The position numbers and the translations under genes were made by a program. Of a stretch of 64,000 nucleotides of DNA, positions 14,490 through 28,619 are shown in pieces. This DNA comes from the human T2T-CHM13v2.0 reference genome, Homo sapiens. The stretch lies in the NCBI RefSeq assembly GCF_009914755.1, contig NC_060935.1. One strand, written 5' to 3'. How positions within the stretch are numbered: position 1 is the first letter of the stretch; every line of letters begins with the position of its first letter. Below the pieces are notes generated by a model that saw only the letters and a list, made by a program, of their open reading frames with translations, had not been told where the DNA came from and did no database searches.

Positions 14490-15532
14490 TGATGGAAGGC
14501 ACCAATTAAACACATATAAAATGTCTGCTTAGCCTAGTCTAAACTACCAAGGATTGGAAGACTTTAATTTCCTTGGGAGGTCTCCCAGCAGGTTACTGTG
14601 GCTTTTATCCTGCCTTCTCACTTTTTGGAAGCTCTCAGAACAGGGAAGTCCTTCAGAGGAGAGAATATCGGTCTCCTTGTCCATGTTCTCATCCCTCCCA
14701 TTTTCCCATGCCTCTGATTGTGTGCCCTCTGTTCTACCTCCTCGGTGTTCCTACATCCCTGGGAAATAAAAAGTAGTTGCTTCCCACGAAAAGATGAGAA
14801 TGTTCTTCAGAGTAAAAGTGAAGTCTTTTAAAAGCCTCATTTGAGATATTGTGTTATCATCCCATAATATGTTAACTGAAGGGAATGGAGAGGGAAGAGG
14901 CACCTTCGTTCAGAGTAAAGTAATTGAAAAGCTTAATATACACCGAACTGTGTCTTTACAGGGTCCGCCGCATCTTGGAAGGAAACTTCAAAGCTCATTT
15001 AAAGTCAGCCTCTCACATAGCCCTGCTGGTCTAACTTTCTTCTGAATGTGATTTCAGAAGTAAAACCAGGCCAGGGGCTGGGACTCAGGTGAGTCTCACT
15101 GACCGTGACCTCTGGAGAGTCAACTGAAATGGTAAGCCAGGAAGTCATGGAAATCTTACCTCCCCTGCAGTAACAACGTCTACTCTCAAAGAAATGCCAA
15201 TGGCACAGAAACCACAGGGGTTGTTTATCTCTTTCTTTTTTCTTTTTAAACATTATAAAAATAACACAGCAATTTCTAAATGTCAAAAGAGAGAGAAATG
15301 AAGCTATCCATAATTTCAAAAGCCTATCCTAGTAACTACTGTAGATTTTTGCCTGAGCTTTTTAGGCTTGGGCCATTTGTGCTCTGTGCTGATGCGTGCA
15401 TTGTGTTTTGAAGTTTATCTTTTTTTTAACCTTATCATTCATACATTTTCCCCAGATTGTTGCCAGGTAAACCATGCAATCCAGAATTATGGACTATCAG
15501 AGCTATAAAGGGTTTTGGAGATCATTTTCTGA

Positions 15533-15692
15533 AGCAATTCTTAATTGGCTCTTCAAAGATGAGCTTTTGACAGTTTGTGTCACCCCTGAAATTATTTGTG
15601 AAATTCTACACTGAGTTTGTGAATCTTTCTACAGATAGTGTTATCCCTGTATTTCATTAGATCTTCAAAGTGGTTTACACGCCCTAAAGGTT
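15533..15692. mobile_element. MER103-like DNA transposon remnant
   Basis: cacccctgaaattatttgtgaaatt...tttcattagatcttcaaag resembles MER103C (recalled, diverged). Confidence 0.45.
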
Positions 15693-16593
15693 GTCTATTC
15701 TTCTCATGCAGTTATTCTATGTGCAGTCATTCAAGCTGTGTTTTACTCAACTTGTTGTTGGAGGGAAGGGGGAATAGCACATAGGCTATAATATCCTCTA
15801 GAGTTGTGCAGTACACAATTGCACAGCCATGGATGGTGGACTGACATTCTAATCCATCCTTATTTTGTGGTTGGCACCACAGAGCTGAGGAGTAATTTGC
15901 CCTGTTTCCATAGCTCTTTGCACACATTTCTTTAAACACACTTGCATTATATTGAAATGATTTGAGAGGATCTATCTGTTTAATTCTAGTACTTAGTATT
16001 AAGAAACCCACCGTTGCATACACTAATGCTATGTTTTCCAATATCAGCTTTATTACTAACAAAATTTACATTTTATTTTCCCTCTGCTTGACTTCTATTT
16101 TTCAATTGATTCCAAACTTAGATAGAAAAGAGAGATGCAATTCATTGTCCCTGAAACCTTAAACATGTACATGATGAGTCGATCAACAATTCATAAATAA
16201 AAGAAGAACAAAAAATAGCTATATAAGACAGTGAGGACTAAGAACGGATGAAAAATGAATTCCTTCTCTAGTCCTAACTGCTAGAAATGTTTCCCCTGAG
16301 GGTATTTTTGTACTTTGTCATTTCTCTATTTAGAAACCTCAGCTCCCTCTTCTATTAAATTTTGCAAGGGCTTCTGATAATCTTAACAATTAATAGCTAG
16401 TGCTTACAGTTCTCAAAACACTTGCAATTACATTAGCTCATTTGAGTCTCAACAGGAACAGGTGTCGTCTCCATTTTACACAAAAAGAAAAAATAACTCA
16501 GCAAGATTGAGTTATTTGTCCCTGCAAGTGGCAGAGCTGGGACTCGAACAGGGTATATCTGACTTAAATACATCACGCCAAGGCCCAGTGCCA

Positions 16594-19018
16594 ATGTGGT
16601 AGACGCTGCCAATGGGTGCCAATGTGTGGTTCTCCTCTATGTCCAGATAAGTAAGACTGTGCTTCCTTGCCCTCTTAAAGTTGGCTATGTTTGTGTTACC
16701 AGATATAGCCAATAAAATGAGAACAAAAGGGATGTGTGTTGCTTTTGGACCAAGTGCTTAAGTCTTAGTGGTCAACTCACCAGTTTTCCCTCTTCCCTTG
16801 CTACAGCTTTTAACACATGGAAGCACTTTAAAAAAATTCAACTTTTATTTTAGATTTGGTGGTACCTGTGCAAGTTTGCATTGTGTGATGCTGAGGTTTG
16901 GAGTACAATTAATCCCATCACCCAAGTACTGAGCATAGTACCCAATAGTTAGTTTTTCAATGGTTCCCTCCCCTTTCCCTTCCCCCTCTAATTGTCCCCA
17001 GTGTCTGTTGTTTTCATCTTTTTGTCTATGAGTACCTAATATTTAGCTCCCACTTATAAGTGAGAACATGTGGTATTTGGTTTTCTGTTCCTGCGTTAAT
17101 TCACTTAGGATAATGGCCTCCATCTGCATCCATGTTGCAAAATACATTATTTCATTCTCTTTTATGGCTGTGTAGTATTCCTTGGTGTATATGTAGCATG
17201 TTTTCTTTATCCAATCCACCATTGATGGGCACCAGGATTTATTCCATGTCTTTGCTATTGGGCATAGTGCTGCAATGCGTATACATTTGCATGTATCTTT
17301 TTGGTAGAATGTTTTGTTTTTCTTTGAGTATATACCCAGTATGGGATTGCAGGGTCAAATGGTAGTTCTGTTTTAAGTTCTTTGAGAAATCTCCAACCTG
17401 CTATCCACAGTGGCTGAACTAATTTACATTCCCACCAACAACGTATAGGCATTCCCTTTTCTCTGCAGCCTTGACAGAATCTGCTATTTTTTATTTTTAA
17501 AATAATAATCATTCTGAATGGTGTGAGATGTTATCTCATTGCGGTCTTGATTTGCATTTCTCTGATGATTAGTGATGATGAACTTTTTTGCATAGGTTTG
17601 TTGGCCACTTGTATATCTTGTTTGAGAAGTGTCTGGTCATGTGTTTTGCCCATTTTTTAATGGGGTAATTTGTTTTTTTGCTTGTTCAATTGTTTAAGTT
17701 CATTATACATTCTGGATATTAGACCTTTGTTGGATGCATATTTTGCAAATATTTTCTCCCATTCCATAGGTCACAGATTACTCTGTTAATAGTTTCTTTT
17801 GCTGTGCAGAAGCTCTTTTGTTTAATTGGGTCTCACCTGTCAATTTTTTGTTGTTGCAATTGCTTTTGAGGACTTAGTCATAAATTATTTCTCAAGGCCA
17901 AAGTCTAGATTGGTGTTTCGTGGGTTTTCTTTTAGGATTCTTACAGTTTACAGTCTAACACTTAAATCTTTAATTCATCCTGAGTTAATTTTTGTATAAG
18001 TGAAAGGGATCCAATTTCACTCTTCTGCATATGGCTAGACAGCTATCACAGAACCATTTATTAAATAGGGAGTCATTTCCCCACTGCCTATTTTTGTCAA
18101 CTTTGTTGAAGATAAGATGGCTGTAAGTACACAGCTTTATTTCTGGGTTCTCTATTTTGTTCCAGTTGTTTATGTGTCTGTTTTTGTACCAGTAGCTTTA
18201 TAGTTAGTTTGAAGTTGGATAATGTGATGCCTAGGGCTTTGTTCTCTTTGCTTAGGATTGCTTTGGTTATTTGGTCACTATTTTGGGTCCTTATGAATTT
18301 TAGAATAGTTTTTTCTAGTTTTGTGAGAAAATGACATTTGTAGTGTGATAGGAATAACATTAAATCTGTAGATTGCTTTGAGTGGTATGGCCACATTAAT
18401 TCTTCCAATCTATGAGCATGGAATGTTTTTCCATTTGTTTGTGTCATCTGTGATTTCTTTTAGCATTGTTTTATAGTTTTTTCTTGTAGAGATCTTTCAC
18501 TTCCTTGGTTAGAGGTATTCCTGGGTATTTTATTTTTTGTGTGGCTATTATAAATGGGATTGTGTTCTTGATTTGGCTCTCAGCGTAAATGTTATTGGTG
18601 TATAGAAATGTTCCTGAGTTTTGAACATTGGTTTTGTATCCTGAAACTTTACTGAAGTCCTTTATGAGTTCCAAAAGCCTTTTAGCAGAGTCTTTAGGGT
18701 TTTCTAGGCATATAATCATATCATTAGTGAAGAGAGATAGTTTCACTTCTTCTTTTGCTATTTGAATGCCTTTTATTTCTTTCTCTTGCCAGATTTCTCT
18801 GGCTAGAACTTCCAGAAGCACTTTTTGATATGAAGATGCTGTAAGACAAAAATAGCCTAGAATGATGAGTCAACATACGGAGGAAATTTTCTCTAGGAAG
18901 CTATCTGGTCCTGCAGAAGACTTTGCTTGAGCAAGAACTTAACTTTCACTGTGGTCAGCCAAGAAGATTTTGGGATTGTTGGTTGCCACAGCATAACCTA
19001 GCCTACCCTAAATAATAC
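16594..19018 (+). mobile_element. MLT1-type LTR split by an L1 insertion (16594-16829 and 18815-19018)
   Basis: Begins tgtggtag, contains gccaataaaatg, resumes after the L1 and ends cctagcctaccctaaataatac. Confidence 0.6.
16830..18814 (-). mobile_element. 5'-truncated L1 (L1PA16/17-L1PB-like)
   Basis: ORF2 remnants ([33 protein letters not shown]); TSD GAAGCACTTT at 16820-16829 and 18815-18824. Confidence 0.9.
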
Positions 19019-20389
19019 TGGCAGACTCCATACATGACTGGGTCTCTCTCCCTTAGAGCTCAGGCTAGTGTTCAGAGAGGCATATTTTGTCATGCACAAC
19101 TTATCTTCCCTCACACAATTCAGCAATCTCCTTGGCTGTTTTTCCCTTGAATCTTTAGTAACCAAATTTTAAACTGTTAATCTGCAGGACATACAGTCCA
19201 GAGGAGGACAGCTGGGAAGGGGCAGATTCCTGACTGGCTGAGGGTAGAGAGAACCTCAGATGTGATGAATGTTATTGGCACAGTGGATATTTGGGCTGGG
19301 TCACAAATGAATTTGCTGTGATTGCTTGTAGTGGCCTAATGAGATGACATCAACATCATTGTTCCAAGACCAGTAAAAATAGAAAAGATCAAAATAGCAG
19401 AAGTCAGGGCCAAGTAAGAGAGGAGATGGGCTCAACTTGCTGGGAGCTGATTCAGCACAACAGACAGATCCCATGGGCCCTCTCCTCTAATGTTTTTTTT
19501 CTGGGCAGCTCAATTTTCTCAGGTTAGCTTTGCTGTTAAAGAGTCCTTTTCAGCCTCCAAATGCCCAGTTCCTCCTAAGCGAGGACTAGTAGTGCTGTAG
19601 GCCGGGGACCATATCTGTATTCATCCAATACAGTGCTTCCCAACTTATTTCTCTCTATATTATGTTATGCATGAGAATATTTACCTGGCCTCCTGGGATA
19701 AATACTTGAAGCCACTTCTGGCTGGAGGTGACAAACCTGTGAGCTCCAGCTATCCTAGGCTCTGCCTGATGGGCTTAGGTAATCAATATACCACACATTT
19801 ATAACTTGCTCATGAGAAGCTGTGTTCCAGTCATCTCTTCCTTACCCTCTGCCCCAGTCAGACTGTAAATGACCAGATCATATAGAAGTCAGACCATAGG
19901 TCTTATTGGGTGACTTGGAGGCAAAGCTGGGTCTAGGTCTTCCATAACTTGATTTTGGCTCCCTTGGATGCTCTTCCCAAATCTTATGCTGGAAGCCAGG
20001 CCAAGGGTGCAGAAGATGAAGGCAAAGCAACTGGGGGTGCCCACTCCCTCCTACCATCTGTCATTTGACAAATATTGAGCACTTACCATGGGCTAAACCT
20101 ATCCTAGCCCCTGGGAATGCAGTAGGGAACAAGACAAATATGGACCCTGCACTCATGGAACTCACAGTCCATCAAGGAAGCCCAACAATTAGCCAGCAAG
20201 TATTAAAAAGTCTGGTCAGTGTTATGTTGATGATGTACTGGGATGCTATGGGATTACCTAGCTGGAGAAACTAATTTATTTGGTATGGGAAATGGGGGAT
20301 GGGTTCAGAGAAGACTTTTGGTAGCTTTAATCCCCTTTTGAACATTCTCTTACTGTATGTCTAACTAAGTTTAACTGTGGGGAGTTAGG

Positions 20390-21473
20390 TATCAGAAGAA
20401 CCAGCCCCCAATATTTCAACATAGGTTCTTTTCTATTTTCCCTAAGTGTTGGCTGGTCTGAGAAATAAAGAGAGAGAGTACAAAAGAGAGAAATTTTACA
20501 GCTGGGTCTCTGGGGGTGACATCACATGTCAGCAGGTTCCATGATGCCCCCTAAACTGCAAAACCAGCAAGTTTTTATTAGGGATTTTAAAAGGGGAGGG
20601 GGGTATGAATAGGGAGTGGGTCACAGAGATCATATGCTTCAGAGGGCAATAAAAGGTCACAAGGGCAGAGAGGCAGAGTGAGATCACAAGACCAGGGTGA
20701 AACTAGAATTACTGATGAAGGTCCATGTATCTCTGGGCACACATTGTCATTGATAAACATCTTAACAGGAAACGGGGTTGGAGAGCATACAACCGGTCTG
20801 ACTAGAATTTGCCAGGCTGGAATTTCCTAATCCTAGCAAGCCTGAGGGTGCTGCAGGAGACCAGAGCATATTTCATCCCTTATCTTCAACTGCATAAGAC
20901 AGACACTCCCAGAGTGGCCATTTAGAGACCTCCCCCTGGGAATGCATTCTTTTCCCAAGGCTATTCCTTGCTGATAAAAAGAATTCAGCGATATTTCTCC
21001 TATTCGCTTTCTGTAAGAAGAGAAATGTGACTCTGTTCTGCCCGGCCCCACGGGCAGTCAGACCTTATGGTTATCTCCCTTGTTCCCCGAAAATCACTGT
21101 TATCCTGTTCTTTTCAAGGTGCCCAGATTTCTTATTGTTCAAACACACATGCTTTACAAACAATTTGTGCAGATAACGCAATCATCACAGGATCCTGAGG
21201 CGACATACATCCTCAGCTTACAAAGATGATGGGATTAAGAGATTTAAGTAAAGACAGGAATAGGAAATTATAAGAGTATTGATTGGGGAAGTGATAAATG
21301 TCCATGAAATCTTCACAATTTATGTTCAGAGATTTCAGTAAAGACAGGCATAAGAAATTATAAAAATATTAATTTGGGGAACTAATAAATGTCCATGAAA
21401 TCTTCACAATTTATGTTCTTCTGCCATGGCTTCAGCCGGTCCTTCTGTTCAAGGTCCCTGACTTCCTGCAACA
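20390..21473 (-). mobile_element. Solo MER11 LTR (ERVK/HML-8)
   Basis: Minus strand starts tgttgcaggaagtcagggacc...ggctgaagccatggcagaag; perfect 6-bp TSD GTTAGG at 20384-20389 and 21474-21479; internal ~90-bp tandem repeat at ~21245-21418. Confidence 0.92.
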
Positions 21474-22856
21474 GTTAGGGTCTGACGTGTAGTATAGATT
21501 TTTCATGATTTTGAAATTCCACAAACATTTTCCACATACCATTTGGACATTTGTCCTTGCATTACCTCCCAATGCCCTTGCAGCAACCCTGGAGTCAGGG
21601 TTTTATATTGTTTCATTTTCCTTGCAGGCTCAGAGAGATCCCACTGCTAGTATATGATGGACTTAAATGCTGAGTTCTTTCCCATGCAGGAGCCCCATAT
21701 GCCCTTTGTCCTACCCCTGGGAGTATACCTCTCCAAACTCTCAAAGGTCCTGTTGCCCTCCAGTCTTTTACGTAGAAGCAGTATTAGAGCCAGCTTAAAT
21801 TTATTCAAGATGTTTAGTTGCTTCAGAGAACTGTTCCCTGCACATTTTGGCTGCAGCAGGACTGCCCTCACTGTCCCCCTTTGTCAGAGGGTAGTAAATG
21901 TCACTCCACCACATCACAGAGGAAGTCTTATCCACCAGATAAAAGGATTCCATCGAACAGAACAGTGATCCTTCAATCCTTAGACCACTCCAGCTAGAGG
22001 CCCAGACAATGCCTGAGGCAGAGAAAAATCCCCAGAGACACAGTGCTGACACGTCCTGTTATGGTGAAGGTTTGGCTCTTCCTAATCATGAACACTGGAG
22101 AATGGTGAGATTTTGCTTCAGAGCTGGATGAGTCTAGCTGAGTTGCCAGAGTTCCCAATTGTCCTCTATATTTAACAACTGAGATACATGTTTACCTCTT
22201 TTTTTATATGTTAGTGCGCAGCAGTGGTTGTCAAGATAAAGTCAGGGCCCAGCAGGGCCCAGAACAGCATGCCTGGGTGAGCCTCAGCTAGTTTATTGCT
22301 TATACTGTAATGTGAAAAGGTCTGTGCTTTCCTTGTGGCCAGACCTTTCTCTTCTTACCTCAAACAAATCCTGTTTAAGGCCTCTGCTCCCATTGTTTCC
22401 TCTTTCAGTGATGGCTGTCTGCTCGCTGACTGCTTGGCCAATATCAGCACATTTTCCAAATCGCAGCTTTTCTTCTATCCTGAGGCCCTTTCTGACCCTA
22501 CTCCTCTGCAAGGTAGAATTGGCCTGCTTTCTGCCTCTACTGTGCACTACACACACCTATTACAGCATTGATCATACACTACATCATATCTCTTGTGCCC
22601 CACAAGGTGCAGCATGGACACTGCAAATCCTTGTTGAGTGAGCTCATGCATTTGCTATTATGGGAAGAGCACTGTGCTGAGGGCCAGGAGGCCTGGGCAT
22701 TGGTACCAGCTCTGTCATTGGTACCAGCTTGGCCAAGCCATTCCACCACTCTGAGCCTCATTTCTCTCTCCTCTAAACTGGAAGTTAGAGTTGATAAGGC
22801 CTAAGGGTAACTTCCTGCTCTAAATTTATATTTAGAAAGCAAAGTGGGAAGAACTT

Positions 22857-23210
22857 TGTGATGGTTTTCTGATATGTTAACTTGGCTAGTCTACAGCCCC
22901 AGTTATTCCATCAAACACTAATCTAGGTATTGCTGTGAACATATTGTATAGATGTGATTAAGATCCATAATCAGTTGATTATCCTAGATAACCTGGGTGA
23001 GCCTGATTCAGCTAAATATTCTTAAGAGCAGAGCTGAGGATTCCTTGAAGAAGAGGACATTCTGCCTGTGGATAGCAGCATCGGCCTGTGCCCAAGAGTT
23101 CATTCCTGACCTACAGATTTCCAGCTTGTCTTACCAGTCCCCATAATTGCATAACCCAATTGCTTTCATTAACATCTCTCTATATATCTCCCTTTGGTTG
23201 AGCTCTGACC
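22857..23210 (+). mobile_element. MLT2-type (ERVL) LTR
   Basis: tgtgatggtt...aacttggcta...atcaaacactaatctaggtattgctgtgaa...ttctgcctgtgga. Confidence 0.75.
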
Positions 23211-24771
23211 CACATAAGCTTTATACTTTGATTCAAGTATATGCCTTATACTTGGTTCAAGCCCTGGCTCTACTACTTATTAGCTGTGTGATCTTAGGAA
23301 AGCTAGTGAGTGGCTCTGAGCCCCTGCTTTCTTATCTATAAAATTAGGGTAACAATACCTATTCCACAGTTAATAATAAAAACTATTCTTATTTTGTTTT
23401 AGAGCACTACTTTTTTGATATTTTCTGTGAACCAGCTTCTGTGCTTATTGCTTTACAACTCATTTACTCTTCTTTAAACCCTTGTAGTACTAAATGACAT
23501 AATGCATATGAGTAATGATAAACACCATCATGCCTGGCACTTTGAAGGTGCTTAGTAAGAGCTAATTCTGACTTTTCCTTTCCTTTGCCTCTATAATATT
23601 TCTGAATAAGCTATCTTAAGGCAAATTTATTGTAAATAATGGTTTAGACTGTGTATGTGACTTAAAGGAGCCAAGCTATGGGATTACAACACAATTAGTT
23701 TAGTTCACTCACTCTTGTCTCCAGGTTTGCATTAAACCAACATTAGATTGTCTTGGAATTCCATAGTACCTTCTGTTTGAGGATTTATGGAAATAGTCCA
23801 TATGAAGCAGAGAAGAACAAGGGCTACTCCTTACTCGATGGAAAAAGTGAAGCAACCAGAAATGTTTTGCCATCAAGTTGGAAAACATCAATTCTCTAAA
23901 TGTACCAGAGATTTATTTCATACTATGAAAGTCAGATTTGAAAATATTACAGATGAAATATTAACTGAATGTTTATAGCTGGGATAGGAACTGTGAGGGA
24001 ATTTAGAAGTCTCTACCTGCCAGTAAGAGGTTTACTGACTTCTAGAAACTCAACAGTATTTAAACACAACAAAGACCACTTGTTCATTCTTGAGCAGATA
24101 TAGGCCTACCCACTGCCTCATGTCTCTGTACTCAAACATTGAGAAAGAGAAGGAAACAGAGTTAGTGAATGGGGGATTGGTGAGTGCCACTAGAAGGTTA
24201 TTGGGTACATAGCTTGGGAAGATAAAGCTTGGGAGTAAGGGTGGTTTGGCAAGTGGATGTGCAGGAAAAAATGTGTGAGCATAGGAGGAAAAGATTAGGC
24301 AAGTGACCCCAGGATGCAAGTTCTATACTTGAGTCCCAACTCCCATGTCAGCCTGGCTCTTTCTCCAGGCTCACGACTTCTCATAGTTGACCTCACCAAT
24401 GCCTACCCTCCTGCAGCCTCTGGTGTACCCTATTTTCCTAAGCCAATCCTGACTGTGGTACAAATATAAGTTTTAACTGTTTATGACAAAAATTTAAAAC
24501 ATGTAGAGAAATAGAGAGAATGGTATGATGAACCCCTATGTAACCACCCCCCAGATTCAACAGTTCTCATCTCATGGCCAGTCTTGTTTCATTTATACTG
24601 CCTCCCACCCCATGGATTATTGTGAAGAAAATTTCAGACGTAATTTCATCCATAGGTATTTCAGTATGTCTTTCTGAAAGAAATACAAAAAAGCTATAAT
24701 GAATTTATTTTACCTAAATGTTAATCATAATTTTTAAATTTAAAATATTCTGTCCATGAATTTTTTCTTTA

Positions 24772-24834
24772 TATAGATAGATGATAGATAAATGATAGAT
24801 ACATAGAAGATAGATAGCTAGCTAGCTAGCTAGC

Positions 24835-24886
<52 letters not shown>
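24772..24886. repeat. Compound (TAGA)n/(TAGC)n tetranucleotide STR
   Basis: Directly visible. Confidence 0.95.
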
Positions 24887-25167
24887 GCTTGTTTGAATCA
24901 GGTTCAATTAAGAGCCATTCATTGTTTTTCATTTCTATGAATAATATGTCTTTTTTATCTAGTAATACACCCTTCATCTGTTTTCCTCTCCTTGCAATTA
25001 TTTGTTGAAGAAAACAAGTTGTTATTCCTATAGGATTTCCCACAGCCTTGATGTTGCTGACTCATCTTCATGATGCCATTTTTCATTTGTCATGGTGAAC
25101 ATGTTTCACTGTTCTCTATGTTTTTTACAAATAGGTAGGTAAATCTAGAGACTTAATCAGATTCACA

Positions 25168-25169
<2 letters not shown>

Positions 25170-25209
<40 letters not shown>
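25170..25209. repeat. (TG)~20 microsatellite
   Basis: Directly visible pure run. Confidence 0.97.
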
Positions 25210-25212
<3 letters not shown>

Positions 25213-25715
25213 ACCATTTCATAAGTGGTGGTGAGTATTTCCTTCAGGAAGCACATAAGTTCCGACCGTTTCTCTTTCTGTGATGCCAGCAGCTGTTGCT
25301 GATCATGACTTAGATCTGTTAATTCCTTAGGGGTTACAAATGTTGATGCTCTTATTCTATCGTTCCTTCTTTGTTTTTATATAGAGAAGCTTCATTTCAT
25401 TAACTATTTGTTACCCAGAAGAAAAAAGGAAATATGCTTATTTCCTTTTATTTGCCAGTTTTCAAATAATATGTAGGGTTTAGAGCACCCTCCAAAGATG
25501 ATCAATGACCAATTCTGTATTATTGTAAATCATGAATTTAAACATACTTAACATGTTTAAATTCATTTTAGTTTTTATCCTTATTGTTGTTCAAGCTGTT
25601 TCATCTTTGGCCAGTGGGAGGCTCCTCAACTTAGTTCCTGAGTTTTTTTGAAAAGGTCCTACTGGTTTTTGATAGATTCCTTGCTTTCTGGCATAACAAG
25701 ATGTTTCAGACTCCC

Positions 25716-26146
25716 TGTATTAATTTTATAGGACTGCCATATCAAAGTACCACAAATGGAGTGGCTTAAATTTATTCTGTCACAGTTCTGGAGGCTAGAA
25801 GTCCAAAATCAAGGTACCAGGCAAGCCATGCTTCCTCTGAGGGCTCTAGGGAAGAATCCTGCTATGCCTCTTCCTAACTTCTGGTGGTCACTGGCAATCC
25901 CAGGCATTCCTTGGCTTGCAGCTGCATCATCCCAGTCTCCGCCTCTATCGTCATACAGCCTTCTTTCCTGTATTTCTGTCTGTTTCTGTTTTTCTTCTTG
26001 TAAGGACACCAGCCATTGATTTAGAGCCCACTCTAATCATGTATGACCTCTTCTTAGTTTAATTACATTTTGCAAAGACCCTATTTCTTAGTAAGGTCAC
26101 ATTCTGAGAATCCAAGTGGATGTGAATTTTGAAGGAAAGGCTACCA
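25716..26146 (-). mobile_element. MLT1C-like LTR
   Basis: tgtattaatt...aaagtaccacaaa...cacagttctggaggctagaagtccaaaatcaagg...aaggtcacattctgag. Confidence 0.8.
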
Positions 26147-28619
26147 ATTTTGGTGAGGAGAAGCACACATTGTAAAGTTCCCACCGTTGAGGTTTGTAGT
26201 GAGCAAATGACGACAGAAAAAGAATCAGCAAGAAGAATCAGACTATCTTCAAAAGGAAACCAAACCAGTAGTTCAAGAGGAGAAACCTTGGTCTGGCATT
26301 GAGGTCTAACAAGCGTTTCTCTGGATGGGTGACTACACACACAAAAAATCACACATTTAGGAGCAGTCCATGTTTTCAGCAGTAGGTACAGCACCTTTAC
26401 AGCTCAGACCTCTCTCTTCCTTATTGTCATAAGGAGGTTTCTTTCTCCATAAGAGTGGAGGTTATTCCCCTCTTTGCGCAGATGAACAAGCACAGGAGAA
26501 AGAAAAGAATAAACTGGCTATAAGTGTGGTGTAGCTTGTAAGAAGGAGGGGAAAAAGGAGGAGAAAGATAAGGAAGACAAACATCGAGAAAAGAAGCTTT
26601 CTTGGATAGGGAAATTGAAGAATGAGCCTTGAAAGGCAGAGTTGAAGGAGCATAAAAGTTGGCATCAGAAAGGCCTCTGCTACTCACAAAACCTGTGACT
26701 TTGAATATGTTTCATAATTTCTTTGAGATTCAGTTTTTTAACTGAAAATCAGGAATAATGGTATCCATAATAATATGCTTGCATTTATTCATGTTTCTAT
26801 TGAGCATCTTCTACTTGCCAGATACTATTGTAGGTGCCAGGGATATGGCAGTGGAAAAACTAGACAGAAATATGTGCCTCATGGCTTCCATTCTAATTCA
26901 GGTAGTTGTGAGGTAAAAGTAAAACTGCAGATGTGAACACTGGACAGATAGCAAGTATTCTTAAAGAGTTAGATTCTCTTCATCTGTCCTAATGCTGAGC
27001 CACAGATTCAGAGATTGGCAGAGCGCTTAACTTAACAGCAATTTATGTGAGTGAGGACTCTCCTCAAAGAAAGAAACCACCACTCAAAGATCCCATTATG
27101 TTCTCAAAGAGTAGGGCAAAAAAAGGCCTACTTGGGATAAATGTCAGTGTTTGTTCTCTGGGAGTAGTTGGGGAGATTTGTTTTAATCTTATGAATTTTT
27201 GTTTGTTCTTGTTTTACTGTTCTAGTATGATTGCTAAGAAGGAGGGCCTTAGGAGGTTCCCTAGTAAGATACTATTACATTTTTCTCTCTCAAAAATGTA
27301 TTGGCTCCCTATAAGGTGACTGGATATCGATTATTATCTGGCCTCAAGTTCCCCCCTACAAAAGCTGCTAAATCTCCTAGGCCCCTGCCTATGAAGCAGG
27401 CGTTTGGAATTGGAGGACAGATTTTGTATTAAGCCCCTACCAGGCAGATACTTGAGTGATCACTGGGGCTGAGGTGGGCATCTTATCTGCACAGCCTTGA
27501 TGACTGGAAGGATCTTCCAAGAATCCCTTAGGGAAGCATTTATGCTCACTTGGACTGGTGGCACCTTTGCACTGTTTTTCGTGTTGGTTTCCCAAATATT
27601 GAGCCCTTTGGAAGGATGCTGGGATAAAACTATAGATCTTAACTTTTTGCTTCTAGTTGGAAATTCACATTTCAGGTACTGCACAGGGCGAAGGAATGTT
27701 CTAATGGAATTTTTTATTTATTTATTTATTTTTATTTTTTGCTTCCCTGGAAGATTGGGTGATTACAGGAAGGTGTATTCACATGTGGAAAAGGTGATGA
27801 ACTTGTAGCATCAGTACCCTACAAACTTGAAACCCATCATAAAAAGCTTTGATGATGTAGCAGAAGACACTTTGGTTGACACCAGGAATAGCCTTTGACT
27901 CTTAGATCAGATAAAATTCCTAACATAGCACAGTTACAGTGGACAACTGCTTTTTTGTCTCTCTTTGAGAATGTTATTATATTCTGTTTGATTGCAGCAA
28001 AAAACTTACATTTAAAATCAAGAAAGCAGAGTCAGAGACCCAGTTATAACCTCTGGAAACCCAAGAGTTTACTGAAGATACTATTTCTCTGGGAATTTTA
28101 AGCCATCTTATGGGAGAAAAAGTTTCTAGAATGGTAGCCCAGTCTACTGTTGGGAAAACCAATAACTGGAAAAACACAATTATTGGGATGCACACTGCTG
28201 ATATATAGGCATATGCTATGCTTTCAATCTTTTTCCCCACAGTCTTATCTCTCTGCTTCTGCCTTGAGGAAAGATCAAAGGGGTTGGCAGGACAACTAAG
28301 GCCTTTCCCTTGAGAACATTTAAGCAGGCAACTCAAAGACTCTCTTTCCTACCAGAGCAAGAAAGAAAACCACAGGAAAGTGGAAAACAGGCTGTAGACA
28401 GACCTCTGAATGTGTTTCTAAATATTTCTAAAAATTTATTATTCTAATGAAAAGGCTCAGAGTAAGTTAGAAGAACATGTTCTGCTTGGCTTTGAAGAAT
28501 AAGCAGTGATTACACTTAATTAATGAAAATTGTACCAGATGATATCATGTCATTTATATTTAATTCTTGCTCTAAATTTTGTATCACTTAAAAATATAGT
28601 GATTGGCCATGGTGGATAC

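Larger units (their letters stand above)
24470..25715 (-). mobile_element. Ancient L1 (L1ME/MC) 3'UTR remnant
   Basis: aaaatttaaaacatgtagag...tatgatgaacccctatgtaaccacc and downstream L1M-type motifs; highly diverged. Confidence 0.55.
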
